DNA of 64,000 nucleotides from Bacilli bacterium. GTDB taxonomy: Bacteria; Bacillota_I; Bacilli_A; RF39; UBA660. The first letter of the stretch is position 1; every line of letters begins with the position of its first letter. Positions 38,757-48,867 of the stretch are shown piece after piece. Under the pieces are notes generated by a model. That model ran no database searches. It saw nothing but the letters and a program-made list of their open reading frames with translations, and was not told the origin of the DNA. The stretch covers positions 9,660 through 73,659 of the forward strand of contig JAQUWE010000004.1 of NCBI GenBank assembly GCA_028693035.1, given 5' to 3'. A program made the translations under genes and the position numbers.

Positions 38757-38972
38757 ACTATTCCTCCTCTCTACTATAGTAAATGATTAAAAACAATGTA
38801 CAGAAAGGACTTGCACCTCTTTTGAATCGTATTTATTTTTTATATTTGTTTTTCTTTTTTTTTTTAGTACTGGCATGACAAAAATGTCATTTTATAAGGT
38901 AAAAAATATGATATAATATGTATGTATGTTTTAATTAAAAGAAACAATAATAAGTGGTAAGAGGTGGTCAGT

Positions 38973-39566
38973 TTGTCAGATACAAAAGAAAAAAATAATA
39001 CATTCAAATGGGTGATTCAAGCGTTTACCATTTTATTTACAATCGCAATCATTGCTTTTATTATTTATGGAATTAAAGAAGGCATTTTTTCTTCCAATAA
39101 AGAGATGCTACAATATATAAAGAAAATGGGTTATATAGCTCCTCTCCTATTTATTTTTATTCAAATTGTGCAAGTAATATTCCCAGTGATTCCAGGTGGT
39201 GCTAGTTGTCTAGCAGGTGTCATCGCTTTTGGTCCTATAGAAGGCTTTATTTACAATTACATCGGTCTATGTCTTGGATCAGCAATTGCCTTTCTATTGT
39301 CTAGAAAATATGGCATGAAATTAATCCAAAAATTATTCAAACCGGAAACCACAGAAAAATATATGCAATATATTAAGGAACATAAATTTCATAAAATATT
39401 CTTTTGGGGCATTTTCTTACCAGGCGCACCTGATGATTTGCTTTGTTATATTGCAGGTATTACAAATATGTCGTTTAAAACTTTTATTATCATTATTATT
39501 TTAGGAAAACCACTTGCCTTACTTGGCTATAGTTTTGGAATTGGTATTTTACCTTTCTTTACATAA
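38973..39566 (+). CDS. TVP38/TMEM64 (DedA-related) family membrane protein
   Basis: VIFPVIPGGASCLAGVIAFGP...LGSAIAFLLSRKYG. AGAGGTGG plus 5 nt precedes the TTG at 38973; an alternative GTG start is at 38964. Confidence 0.75.
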   Translation: MSDTKEKNNTFKWVIQAFTILFTIAIIAFIIYGIKEGIFSSNKEMLQYIKKMGYIAPLLFIFIQIVQVIFPVIPGGASCLAGVIAFGPIEGFIYNYIGLCLGSAIAFLLSRKYGMKLIQKLFKPETTEKYMQYIKEHKFHKIFFWGIFLPGAPDDLLCYIAGITNMSFKTFIIIIILGKPLALLGYSFGIGILPFFT

Positions 39567-39615
39567 AAAAACTCTTATCAGGAATTTACTTAAAAACCAT
39601 GATAGAGTTTTTTGT

Positions 39616-39900
39616 TTACATTAAATATTTCTTTATATCCACATATCCATTTTCTTTAAATGATATACCTTCTTGCAGCAAAAGTTCTTTTTGTGCATAA
39701 TAACCAGGTGCCAATCTGCCTATATGATTCACAACCCTATGACAAGGGTATTCTCCATAATGGGAGGCCATCTTCAAGGCTTTTCCTACCATTCTAGGAC
39801 CACAGCCAACCAAATAAGCAATTTGTCCATAAGTAGCGACTTTCCCTTTTGGTATCTCTGATACTGTTTCATAAATTCGATACAAAACATCTTCATTCAT
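39616..39900 (-). CDS. MGMT-family DNA-binding domain protein with the PCHRV active-site motif
   Basis: IPKGKVATYGQIA...YPCHRVV. This is a short, single-domain form; an alternative GTG start is at 39909. Confidence 0.8.
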   Translation of the reverse strand: MNEDVLYRIYETVSEIPKGKVATYGQIAYLVGCGPRMVGKALKMASHYGEYPCHRVVNHIGRLAPGYYAQKELLLQEGISFKENGYVDIKKYLM

Positions 39901-39942
39901 TTTTACCACACCATTATTTCTATATTATAAAAAAAGAAGCAA

Positions 39943-40485
39943 TTAAACACTCATTAATTCTTCTTCTTTTTGTTTTAATTTAGTATCAATCATTTTATTA
40001 AATTTATTAATAAGTTCTTGTACTTCATCTGTAGCTTGTTTTTTTTCATCTTCAGCAGCTTCTGATTTTTTGATATCGTTATTAGCATCTTGTCTACTAT
40101 TACGAAGTGCGATACGAGCATCTTCAGCCATTCCTTTTACTTGTTTTACATAATCTTTTCTAGTTTCTTCTGTAAGAACAGGAATATTTAAAATAACAGT
40201 TTCTCCATTATTATTTGGTGTAAGCCCAATATCTGCATTGTAAATACCCTTTTCAATTGCTCCTAAAGCAGATTTATCAAAAGGTTTAATTGCAAGCTGT
40301 CTTGCTTCTGGAATAGAGATATTTGCAAGTTGTTTTAAGGGTGTATCTACACCATAGTAGGATACCATTACTTTATCCAAAATAGCAGGATTGGCTCTCC
40401 CAGCTCTTACATTTGAAAATCTTTTTTCCATCGCATCAATGGAACTTTGCATATGTTCTTCCGCATCTATTAAAATTTCTTCCAT
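39943..40485 (-). CDS. frr: Ribosome recycling factor
   Basis: 180 aa: VRAGRANPAILD, LNIPVLTEETRKD. Confidence 0.95.
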   Translation of the reverse strand: MEEILIDAEEHMQSSIDAMEKRFSNVRAGRANPAILDKVMVSYYGVDTPLKQLANISIPEARQLAIKPFDKSALGAIEKGIYNADIGLTPNNNGETVILNIPVLTEETRKDYVKQVKGMAEDARIALRNSRQDANNDIKKSEAAEDEKKQATDEVQELINKFNKMIDTKLKQKEEELMSV

Positions 40486-40623
40486 ACTTTCATCCTTTCA
40501 GTATTCTTATTATAATATATTTTTAATTTTAATACAATATATTCTACTCTATTCCCCATATTTTAACACATTCTACCCATTTATTTTTTTACTATTTTGC
40601 GGTATAATAAGAAAGGTGAAAAT

Positions 40624-41550
40624 ATGAAAAAAAGAAAAGTAAAAAAAGGACCGTTTATCGCACTTATCCTTCTAATCATTTTATGTATTGGTGGATTTTC
40701 TTTATACAAGTATATTGAATATCGCAATAGTAATACCTATAAGTTATTAGAGAAAGGATATACAAAGGAAGAAGTTCCTAAAATCAATAAACTAAAAAAT
40801 GTAAACCGTATTGTAGAGATGAATTATCAAAAGAATTTAGTTTCTTTACTGGATGAAACCTATTTTTTAGAAAAAAATCTAGATCAGTATTTAGATTATA
40901 AAAAAGAGAATCCAAGCAAATCTACAAAAGATATTATCGCAATTGTGAATGTAGGCACAAGTAAGCCTTATTATGAGGGTTTAAAGGAAACAGATACCAG
41001 TAAAAAAGAATTGATGCTGGTTAATAAATACTTCAAATTACCGGATACTTATAAAGTAGAAAAGGTAAAAGAATTAAGTAGTAAATACTCTTACGCAGGC
41101 AATAAAATCAATGAAGACATTTATGAACCTTTAAAAGATATGTTTGATGCTGCTACGAAAGACAATGTTAAACTTGTGGTAACGTCTGGCTACCGTTCTA
41201 TAGAAAGTCAAGAAAAAATTTATAAAAATTATGTTTCTACAAAAGGAAAAGAATGGGCAGATGGTTTTGCAGCCCGCCCTGGTTGCTCTGAGCATGAAAG
41301 TGGCTATGCTGTCGATTTTATCCAAATGGGAACCAATAGAGATACTTTTGAAGCATCAGAAGGATTTGCTTGGTTACAAAAACATGCTGCAGAATATGGA
41401 TTTATTTTACGATATCCAAAAGATAAAGAATATCTAACTGGTTATGAATATGAATCTTGGCATTACCGCTATGTAGGAGAAAAAACCGCTACCAAATTAA
41501 AAAAATTAAATATTACTTTTGATGAATATAGTGCATTCTACTTAAACTAA
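40624..41550 (+). CDS. VanY-like D-alanyl-D-alanine carboxypeptidase (M15B), membrane-anchored
   Basis: SGYRSIESQ, SEHESGYAVD, ESWHYRYVG, with an N-terminal TM helix. AAAGGTGA lies upstream of the ATG at 40624. Confidence 0.85.
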   Translation: MKKRKVKKGPFIALILLIILCIGGFSLYKYIEYRNSNTYKLLEKGYTKEEVPKINKLKNVNRIVEMNYQKNLVSLLDETYFLEKNLDQYLDYKKENPSKSTKDIIAIVNVGTSKPYYEGLKETDTSKKELMLVNKYFKLPDTYKVEKVKELSSKYSYAGNKINEDIYEPLKDMFDAATKDNVKLVVTSGYRSIESQEKIYKNYVSTKGKEWADGFAARPGCSEHESGYAVDFIQMGTNRDTFEASEGFAWLQKHAAEYGFILRYPKDKEYLTGYEYESWHYRYVGEKTATKLKKLNITFDEYSAFYLN

Positions 41551-41590
41551 ATTTTTTCCCTTTATTGCATATACTACAGTAGGTGAAAAT

Positions 41591-42232
41591 ATGAAAAAGT
41601 ATTTTATACTCATTCTACTCATGCTGTTTATCAAAGGAGATACGATTATGAATTTTTATGAGAATGTAAAACAAGTAAAAAACCCAAGTGATATTTTAGT
41701 ACTTGTCAATAAAAATAATAGATTAGATAAAAGTTATGTACCCTATGATTTAAGTAATATTGATACAAAGTATGCAAACGAAAATAAAATGGTTCGTAAA
41801 GAAGCCAAAGAAGCTTTTGAAGCATTAAGTGAAGAAGCTGCCAAAGAAGGCTATAGAGTCATTGCTGTTTCGACTTATCGTAGCTATGATTACCAAGAAA
41901 ACTTATATAACTACTATGTAGAAACAAAAGGGCTTGCGTATGCAGATGCTTGTAGTGCAAGAAAAGGACACTCCGAACATCAAACTGGACTTTCTATCGA
42001 TGTAGAAGGCAGTACTGGTACTTATGATGAGTTTGGAGAAACAAAGGATTTTATATGGATGAAAGATCATGCCCATCTATATGGATTCATTTTAAGATAT
42101 CCAGAAGATAAAACGTATATTACAGGCTTTAAATATGAGCCATGGCACTATCGCTATGTTGGCAAAAAAGCAGCCAAAGAAATTTATGACAAAAAAATAA
42201 CACTAGAAGAATACTTAGATAAAATTCACTAG
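41591..42232 (+). CDS. VanY-like D-alanyl-D-alanine carboxypeptidase (M15B), second copy
   Basis: STYRSYDYQ, SEHQTGLSIDV, EPWHYRYVG. It has the same ggtgaaaatATGaaaaa start context as the first copy. Confidence 0.85.
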   Translation: MKKYFILILLMLFIKGDTIMNFYENVKQVKNPSDILVLVNKNNRLDKSYVPYDLSNIDTKYANENKMVRKEAKEAFEALSEEAAKEGYRVIAVSTYRSYDYQENLYNYYVETKGLAYADACSARKGHSEHQTGLSIDVEGSTGTYDEFGETKDFIWMKDHAHLYGFILRYPEDKTYITGFKYEPWHYRYVGKKAAKEIYDKKITLEEYLDKIH

Positions 42233-42244
42233 TGTTTTTTTATG

Positions 42245-43885
42245 TTAAAAAATCCAGGTAGATAACCACTGCATAGAGGATATTCTCTCTTCTGAAACAG
42301 GCATTCCTGAAAAAACAGGAAAGAAATAAAAGAAGAAAAATACTACCAAAATAATAACCAAAATATAAAAATAAGGTTTTTTCCACTTTTCAGTAAAATC
42401 CTTTACCATATAAGTAATGGCTAATAGTGTAAAAGGAAAAGCTGGGAAGTAATGGTATAGAAACATACCCCTACTAATACCCACATAAGGCAACAATAGA
42501 CAAAGATAAGTTCCTAATAAGAAAATTGCTTTCTTATCTTTCTTACAAGCCTTATACAGCATATAAAGCATAGATATGGACCCCATCCACCATACAATAG
42601 GATTTCCAAAACCACTGATGGTACTTTTGAGTCCCCCTACTGTTCCTACATAATACCAGACCGGTTTTATCATAAGTGGCCATGTATAAAAGGAAGAATA
42701 AAAAGGATGATCTGCTTTTAAACTAGAATGATAAGCAAACATTGACTTTGTAATATTTTCTATTTCTGCAAAGCTTCCTGTATGAAAATAATACATAGTA
42801 GGAAAACATAAATATAAACTAAGATATAAAACAAGAGGTATAATGACAAAGAACAAAAGACACACAATTAAAATTTTAATGCCTTGTTTTTGCAACCAAT
42901 CTTTTCTTTTACACTGTTTAAAAAAGTGAATAAAGAAAAAGATAGCTAAAGCAAGTGCTCCAAAAAGAGAAGTCCATTTAGTGGCAATGGCACATCCAAT
43001 AAAAAAGCCAGATAAAAATAATTTAAAAAGTTTCTTTTTGAATGGAACCTCTTCTTTATAAGTTAAGTATTCATACATAAATAGAAAAGAAAGAAGCAAA
43101 AATAGAACAAGGAAAGGATCTACAGAAGCCATTCTTGTATGGGCAAAATGGAACCCATCTAAAGCAAATAATAAACCAGCCAAAGCTGCATACTTTGTTT
43201 TTTTAAATAAACGCTTCGCAAATATATACATAACAGGAATCATAAGTATACCTGCTATATTAGGCATTAGTCTATAGTAGAAAGGTGCCATTTGGAAAAG
43301 TTTAATAGGAATACTAATTAGAATTTTACCAAGAGGTGGATGCACCCATTCGTAGGCAGGAAGTACATTCGCATATTCATAAGCGGTTCTAGCAAAATAG
43401 ATTTCATCAAAATAAGAACTATTATAACTTGATATTTCTTTTGGAATTGTATTTTGTTCATCAAATAAAAGCTGATTGCTTGTATCTTTGTTTATAGAAA
43501 GAACTTGTCCATTCTTATCATATAAAGCAGTTTCTCCTAAATAGCTTTTATCATCCACTTCTATTTTTAAATATTTCATTTTAGCATTTATAGAAAGATC
43601 ATTCCAGGTAAAAACCGAAAGTGTGCTAGGTACCTCTAAAAGCGTATAATTCTCATTGTCTAAAGAATAAGACATAGTTATTTTACCTACCTCATGTCCA
43701 GTAAAATAACGTATTTTATCCACTTCTGTCTCTTCTTTTAATTCTATCACTAGGTTTTTTTTATTCACAAATGTATTGGGATTTTTGGTAGATCCCAAAT
43801 GATAAAAGGAAAGTACTGCATACAAAAGAGTTATAGTACACATTATAAAATAATCAAATCTAGTCAATCTTTTCTTCTTTTCCAT
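42245..43885 (-). CDS. GT39/PMT-like (GT-C) lipid-carrier-dependent glycosyltransferase
   Basis: YFDEIYFARTAYEY...WVHPPLGK loop motif and a polytopic membrane topology. A TATAAT lies between the ORF-track ATG (43918) and the ATG at 43885, which favours 43885. Confidence 0.7.
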   Translation of the reverse strand: MEKKKRLTRFDYFIMCTITLLYAVLSFYHLGSTKNPNTFVNKKNLVIELKEETEVDKIRYFTGHEVGKITMSYSLDNENYTLLEVPSTLSVFTWNDLSINAKMKYLKIEVDDKSYLGETALYDKNGQVLSINKDTSNQLLFDEQNTIPKEISSYNSSYFDEIYFARTAYEYANVLPAYEWVHPPLGKILISIPIKLFQMAPFYYRLMPNIAGILMIPVMYIFAKRLFKKTKYAALAGLLFALDGFHFAHTRMASVDPFLVLFLLLSFLFMYEYLTYKEEVPFKKKLFKLFLSGFFIGCAIATKWTSLFGALALAIFFFIHFFKQCKRKDWLQKQGIKILIVCLLFFVIIPLVLYLSLYLCFPTMYYFHTGSFAEIENITKSMFAYHSSLKADHPFYSSFYTWPLMIKPVWYYVGTVGGLKSTISGFGNPIVWWMGSISMLYMLYKACKKDKKAIFLLGTYLCLLLPYVGISRGMFLYHYFPAFPFTLLAITYMVKDFTEKWKKPYFYILVIILVVFFFFYFFPVFSGMPVSEERISSMQWLSTWIF

Positions 43886-43937
43886 CCGTATCACATCCAC
43901 TTTTATTATAACATACATCTATACAAAAGATAGGCAT

Positions 43938-43962
43938 GAAAAAAAGTGCAGATGCACTTTTG
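43938..43962 (-). terminator. Terminator after the cotD-like gene
   Basis: aagtgca / tgcactt hairpin, with a T-run on the minus strand. Confidence 0.45.
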
Positions 43963-44238
43963 TTACATAAAGTTAGAACAACTTCCACAATCATTGTTTA
44001 CAACTTGATTTTCTTGTGAACATGAATATTGTGGAGTGTAAGTATGATTATAAATATCACGTTTTATAACGTGTGTATGAATTGGGCAAACATGTGGAAC
44101 TTCATGAATGCATTCTTCTTCAACACATTTTGTAATAGTTGGTTCTACTACTTGGCATTCTGACATTGTGTTTGCGTTCATTTGATTTCCAAAGCCAAAT
44201 CCCATTTGCCTATTACAGCAAGATTTTCTTCCAAACAT
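43963..44238 (-). CDS. Small Cys/His-rich protein, CotD-like spore-coat protein (tentative)
   Basis: 91 aa with HEVPHVCPIHTHVIKRDIYNHTYTP, reminiscent of CotD His/Pro/Thr repeats. AGGAGGA lies upstream of the ATG. A CATAagaTA box, a possible sigma-K -10, is on the minus strand at 44260-44268. Confidence 0.45.
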   Translation of the reverse strand: MFGRKSCCNRQMGFGFGNQMNANTMSECQVVEPTITKCVEEECIHEVPHVCPIHTHVIKRDIYNHTYTPQYSCSQENQVVNNDCGSCSNFM

Positions 44239-44357
44239 AATACTTCCTCCTATCTAATCTATCTTATGATGCATAGGGTTTCGTGAATATGGTATTCGCC
44301 TGTTAGAAGGCAAATAAAAAAAGCTTTATTGCTTTTTTATTCATTTTTATATTAAAT

Positions 44358-46727
44358 TTATCTTTTTTTAAATGGACTCACTTTTTTTATTAAACTTCCT
44401 ATTCTTATCAAAAAGAGATAAATAAGTTTACAAATACCTATTATAAAATGATATAGAGCAAGGGTTCCATTTTTAATAATTGTATAGAAAGAAATAAAAA
44501 TAGAAGCTACAAATGTAAAGAAAGACAATATCATTTTTTCAAGTACTAAAAACTCATGATAACAGTGAAAACGAATAGACGCTTGTTCCATTTTAAATAC
44601 AAAAGGATTTTTTTTCATATCTGCAATCTCTTGTGCAGTAAGGGGAATAACGGGCTCCATATAAAATTCTTTGTAATACGTATTGCAAAGTGACTGAAAA
44701 TGATCGCTGTCTGCTAAAAAGTAATAATTTATATATTCTTTATATATATTCTGGTTTGCTCTTAGTTTTATAGCGTTTTCAATCGCTTGTTTACGAGGAG
44801 AATGTACAGTATTTTCAAATATCTTTTCCATTTTAGATACCATATTTTCTAAAGTAAAACTTTTTATAATACGTTTTCTTGCATTTTTTGAATAAGAGGA
44901 AATATTTTCTTTTATTTTGACAATCGCATCTACATAAAGTGAAATTTCCTCATCCATATAATCTTTATCATAAAGGGTTGTCTCTTCTTGCAGCAAAGGT
45001 ACAATAACCCCTACTTCCTCTGAAATAAGTTCCTTCTGTCCCCCTACATCACTTGAAACAATAGGTACACCCATAGATAAAGATTCATACGTGGTTAAAG
45101 CAAGTCCTTCTTTGATAGAACAGTTTATAGTCATATCACACATTTTATAAAATTCTTCTGTTTTATCTACTCTTCCCAAAAATTGAATATATGTAGAAAG
45201 TTCTTTTTGTTCTACTTTTTCTTGCATCTTTTCTAAGAGTGGTCCATCTCCAGCAATTAGAAATAAGACATTAGGAATTTTATCTTTAATACTCTCTATA
45301 ATTTCTACCAACAAGAGAGGTCTTTTAGCGGTTGCGATACGGCATATATAACCAATTACAAAAGCATCTTCTGCTACTTTATATTGTCTTTTTAAATTGT
45401 TTTTATCATACTTTTCAGGATCAAATTTATCAGCATCTACTCCAATATAAACTGTTTCGATTTGCTCTTTAGGTACTCCAAAATGTTCATGAAGAATCTT
45501 TTCACTTCCCTGATTACAAAATAAAGTTTTATCAAGCAAGCTATGTACAACATGATTGTCTCTTGAATACCCTCCAAATCTGTTATACCATTCTTCCATA
45601 TGGATGTAGTCAAGGATAGGAAGTGTAGGATATTTTTCCTTGATATAAGGAATAGAAGCATATCCAAAAGTAGAATTTGTGTTAAATACAAGATCTATAT
45701 TTCTGGTTTTAATAATAACATCTAAAAAATAATTCCAGTATTTATGATCGATAAAAGTAGATAAATCAAAAATTTCTATGCCAGTTTGTTCAAACTGTTG
45801 ACGCCATATATATCCTGTTGGGTGTGTAGTAATTAAGGTTATTTCAAATTTGTTTTTATCAATCCTCTTTAAAAGATCCAAATTAAATTTATCAGCACCA
45901 CCCATTACCATCCAAGGAATTATCATTAAAATATGAATTTTATTTTCTTTGTTTCGAGTAGGAAGTACAAAGTCTTCTATTTTGGTTTGCACCATTTCCC
46001 AAAAATAACAATTTCTTGGAAACTGGATTACTTGATTCATATCTGTAATCATTTCTATTTGTGATTCTTGTAATTCTATATATGGTTTTAACTGGTTAGC
46101 GCTATATCCATGATAACTTATGTGGATAGGATATTCATTATTTTCATATAAATAAAAATATAAATCGTTACTTTTTTCTTTAGCGAGCCATTCATTCAAA
46201 ATAACAGTATCAAATATGGCACCAAATAAATTTGGATTTTTATAAAACATTTTATTCCAATCAAAAGTGTCTTTCCAAACACTGTTGTCTTCTAGCAATA
46301 CTATATCTGAATATAACCAATGTTTATCTTGTGTCTTTAAAGCAAGGTAAGATGTTTCTAAATACGTAGGATCCAGTAAATCCCCTGCATTTATAAAAAG
46401 TGTATACAAAGAAGATTTTGCTTTTTCTTTATTTGCACGCTCAATAATAGTACGCATAGAAGTATTTTCTTGTTTGATTCCTTTTATACGGTTTTTTTCA
46501 GTAAATAGACTTTGGGCAAAAGAAATACTCTTGTCTATTTTTTTTCCTATAAGAATTATTTCAAACAAATAATAACTTTGATGAAGAAGAGAAAGTAAGG
46601 TTTTTTCTCCTAAAGAATCTTCTCCTAAAACAAGCACAACAGAAAAAATAGGTTTCCAATTTTTACTTGGATAAGTAAAACCTCTTTCCTTTATTTTACT
46701 TGCTGATTCTAACTCCAAATGTTTCAT
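44358..46727 (-). CDS. Large multidomain glycosyltransferase (degenerate GT2-like N-terminus, GT4/GT-B domain, C-terminal TM segment)
   Basis: EGLALTTYESLSMGVPIVSSDVGGQKELI (E-x7-E), 789 aa, with a hydrophobic C-terminal helix. Confidence 0.75.
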   Translation of the reverse strand: MKHLELESASKIKERGFTYPSKNWKPIFSVVLVLGEDSLGEKTLLSLLHQSYYLFEIILIGKKIDKSISFAQSLFTEKNRIKGIKQENTSMRTIIERANKEKAKSSLYTLFINAGDLLDPTYLETSYLALKTQDKHWLYSDIVLLEDNSVWKDTFDWNKMFYKNPNLFGAIFDTVILNEWLAKEKSNDLYFYLYENNEYPIHISYHGYSANQLKPYIELQESQIEMITDMNQVIQFPRNCYFWEMVQTKIEDFVLPTRNKENKIHILMIIPWMVMGGADKFNLDLLKRIDKNKFEITLITTHPTGYIWRQQFEQTGIEIFDLSTFIDHKYWNYFLDVIIKTRNIDLVFNTNSTFGYASIPYIKEKYPTLPILDYIHMEEWYNRFGGYSRDNHVVHSLLDKTLFCNQGSEKILHEHFGVPKEQIETVYIGVDADKFDPEKYDKNNLKRQYKVAEDAFVIGYICRIATAKRPLLLVEIIESIKDKIPNVLFLIAGDGPLLEKMQEKVEQKELSTYIQFLGRVDKTEEFYKMCDMTINCSIKEGLALTTYESLSMGVPIVSSDVGGQKELISEEVGVIVPLLQEETTLYDKDYMDEEISLYVDAIVKIKENISSYSKNARKRIIKSFTLENMVSKMEKIFENTVHSPRKQAIENAIKLRANQNIYKEYINYYFLADSDHFQSLCNTYYKEFYMEPVIPLTAQEIADMKKNPFVFKMEQASIRFHCYHEFLVLEKMILSFFTFVASIFISFYTIIKNGTLALYHFIIGICKLIYLFLIRIGSLIKKVSPFKKR

Positions 46728-46833
46728 ATATACACTCCTATTTATATAGATTTTTTCTAATTTAATTATATCATTTTTTTATAGAAAAGTAGAGTCTGTT
46801 ATAAAAAAACATCACTTAGTAAAGTGATGCCTT

Positions 46834-48864
46834 CTATTTTATAGAATCTCTATTATCAATTTTATATAGAATAAGGGGTGGTGTTAAAATAAAGTACTCT
46901 TTATTCTTAATACTCTTTTTTAAAAATGAATCTAAGTTTCCTTTTAAGAACGCTTGGTTTCTTTTTTCTATATACATTTGTGTATCTTGATCAAATTCCT
47001 TTATTCTATTTTGTACATATTTGTTTTTAGTGAAAATACTTTCTAATAAAGGTCTCATCTTATCTTCTATATATGTAATAAATTCTTTTCGTTCTTTTTC
47101 CTCTAATTTATATAATGGATTTATAATAAATTCTTCTATTCTAAACCAATATACATAAAAACGAAAAGCATCTATATCTAGGTTTTTTTCACCAACATAT
47201 TCTTGCACTCTTTGTTCAAGCATCGCAATGATATCAATCATATCCTTACCAGCACTTGTACGCATGATAGAGCCTTCCCTAATCATATATTCATAATAAG
47301 GTTTTGGAATATATTTAATGGTTTCTGCCTTTAATAAAATAATTGGATTGGTACTTAAATCTTCGAATTTTAGACCTTCTGCGAAAGATAAATGGATATC
47401 CGTATACATTCTTTTTTTAACAATTTTGTTACATGCAGATGGCATAATAGTCGCATATAATAAACTTTGATATTCATTTTCTAATTGTAACATTCTATCT
47501 AAAGCAGGCGTTGGATGTGGATTGTCTGGAAAAACAGATAACCAATCACAAAGTACAACATCTATGTCCTTTTCCATATAAGGAAGTGCCTCTTTGAAAA
47601 AGTTTTTATCGATGGTATCATCTGAATCGATAGAAGCAATATATTTTCCTTTTGATTCTTTTAATCCTACATTTCTAACATTTCCTAATCCATGATTTTC
47701 TTGTTTGATATAACGAATTAAATCTGGATAGGCCTCTGTATATGATTGAATGACCTCTTCACTGTTGTCTTTAGACCCATCGTTAATGACTAATACTTCC
47801 ATATCATCTATACGGGCATTTACAACAGAAGCTAAACATTTATCTAAATATTTTTCCACATTATAAACAGGAACAATTACACTTAGTAATTTTTCTGTTT
47901 CAATATTTTCTTTTTTAGTAACTACTTTTTCTAGAAATAAAGAAATTGATTTTTCAGAATTTTTTGTATATTTTTTTCTAAATGAATCATATAGTTTATT
48001 GATTTTTTCTTCATTTTTAGAAATTTCTTCTATTTTAGATGCCATTTCATTTATATCATCATCACTTTTTAATACTAACCAATTTTTTAATTCTGGTGCC
48101 TTATCTAAAAAGTCTGTATTTCCAAGGATACAAGGTACACCTAAATCCATGCTTTTTAAAAAGATCATCATATCGTTGTTTGTAAAATTGGCGTAGAAAT
48201 TGATTGCATTGCTCTCATATAATTCTTGTTTTGTCTGCGCTTCTTTATACGCTACTGGAAATGTTTTGATAAAACGATATGTCTCTGGTATTACCTTATA
48301 AAAATGGGCTGTTTTATGCGCAAGCATAATTGCACTTAAAACATTATAGAAGTTATTTTTAGGATCAAAGTCATTGCTTAAAATACCTATAGTATCTGGG
48401 TTTCTTTTTACTAGGTTCTTTTCTTTTGGAATATCTAAATCAATTGGATAGACATTCATTCCTTTTTTTTCAAGGCAAGCACATAGATCTTTATCTATAA
48501 CACCTACTTTTTGAATACATCCTTTGTGATATAAATCCATAATGCCTTTATAATTGGTATAAATATGAATATCACTAAAACTTGCTAAAGAATAGGTAAA
48601 TAAGAAATCAATTTCTACTTCTTCAAAAAAACGATTTACAATATGAAAGTATTCTGTTAAATAATTTACAAAAATTATTTTTTTAATACTGTTCTTTTTA
48701 ATAAAATTCGTTAAAAAGATTACATCATCTTCTGTGTTTTTGAAAACAATCACATTCCCAAAAGAATGTACAAGAGGTTCTACTAGGTTATCCAAAAGAG
48801 AGGGTACACAAACCACATAATCTAAGTTATATATTACATCTAAATTTTTATCTAACATATACAT
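46834..48864 (-). CDS. Two-domain glycosyltransferase (GT-B-like N-terminus plus GT2 C-terminal domain)
   Basis: LSVIVPVYNVEKYLDKCL...VLVINDGSKDNS...SIDSDD. Confidence 0.8.
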   Translation of the reverse strand: MYMLDKNLDVIYNLDYVVCVPSLLDNLVEPLVHSFGNVIVFKNTEDDVIFLTNFIKKNSIKKIIFVNYLTEYFHIVNRFFEEVEIDFLFTYSLASFSDIHIYTNYKGIMDLYHKGCIQKVGVIDKDLCACLEKKGMNVYPIDLDIPKEKNLVKRNPDTIGILSNDFDPKNNFYNVLSAIMLAHKTAHFYKVIPETYRFIKTFPVAYKEAQTKQELYESNAINFYANFTNNDMMIFLKSMDLGVPCILGNTDFLDKAPELKNWLVLKSDDDINEMASKIEEISKNEEKINKLYDSFRKKYTKNSEKSISLFLEKVVTKKENIETEKLLSVIVPVYNVEKYLDKCLASVVNARIDDMEVLVINDGSKDNSEEVIQSYTEAYPDLIRYIKQENHGLGNVRNVGLKESKGKYIASIDSDDTIDKNFFKEALPYMEKDIDVVLCDWLSVFPDNPHPTPALDRMLQLENEYQSLLYATIMPSACNKIVKKRMYTDIHLSFAEGLKFEDLSTNPIILLKAETIKYIPKPYYEYMIREGSIMRTSAGKDMIDIIAMLEQRVQEYVGEKNLDIDAFRFYVYWFRIEEFIINPLYKLEEKERKEFITYIEDKMRPLLESIFTKNKYVQNRIKEFDQDTQMYIEKRNQAFLKGNLDSFLKKSIKNKEYFILTPPLILYKIDNRDSIK

Positions 48865-48867
48865 ACC

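Noticed and set aside
37755-38800. Possibility of an intact prophage around the GH25-LysM lysin
   Set aside because: I found no holin, terminase, capsid, tail or integrase genes within several kb on either side. At most this is a remnant.
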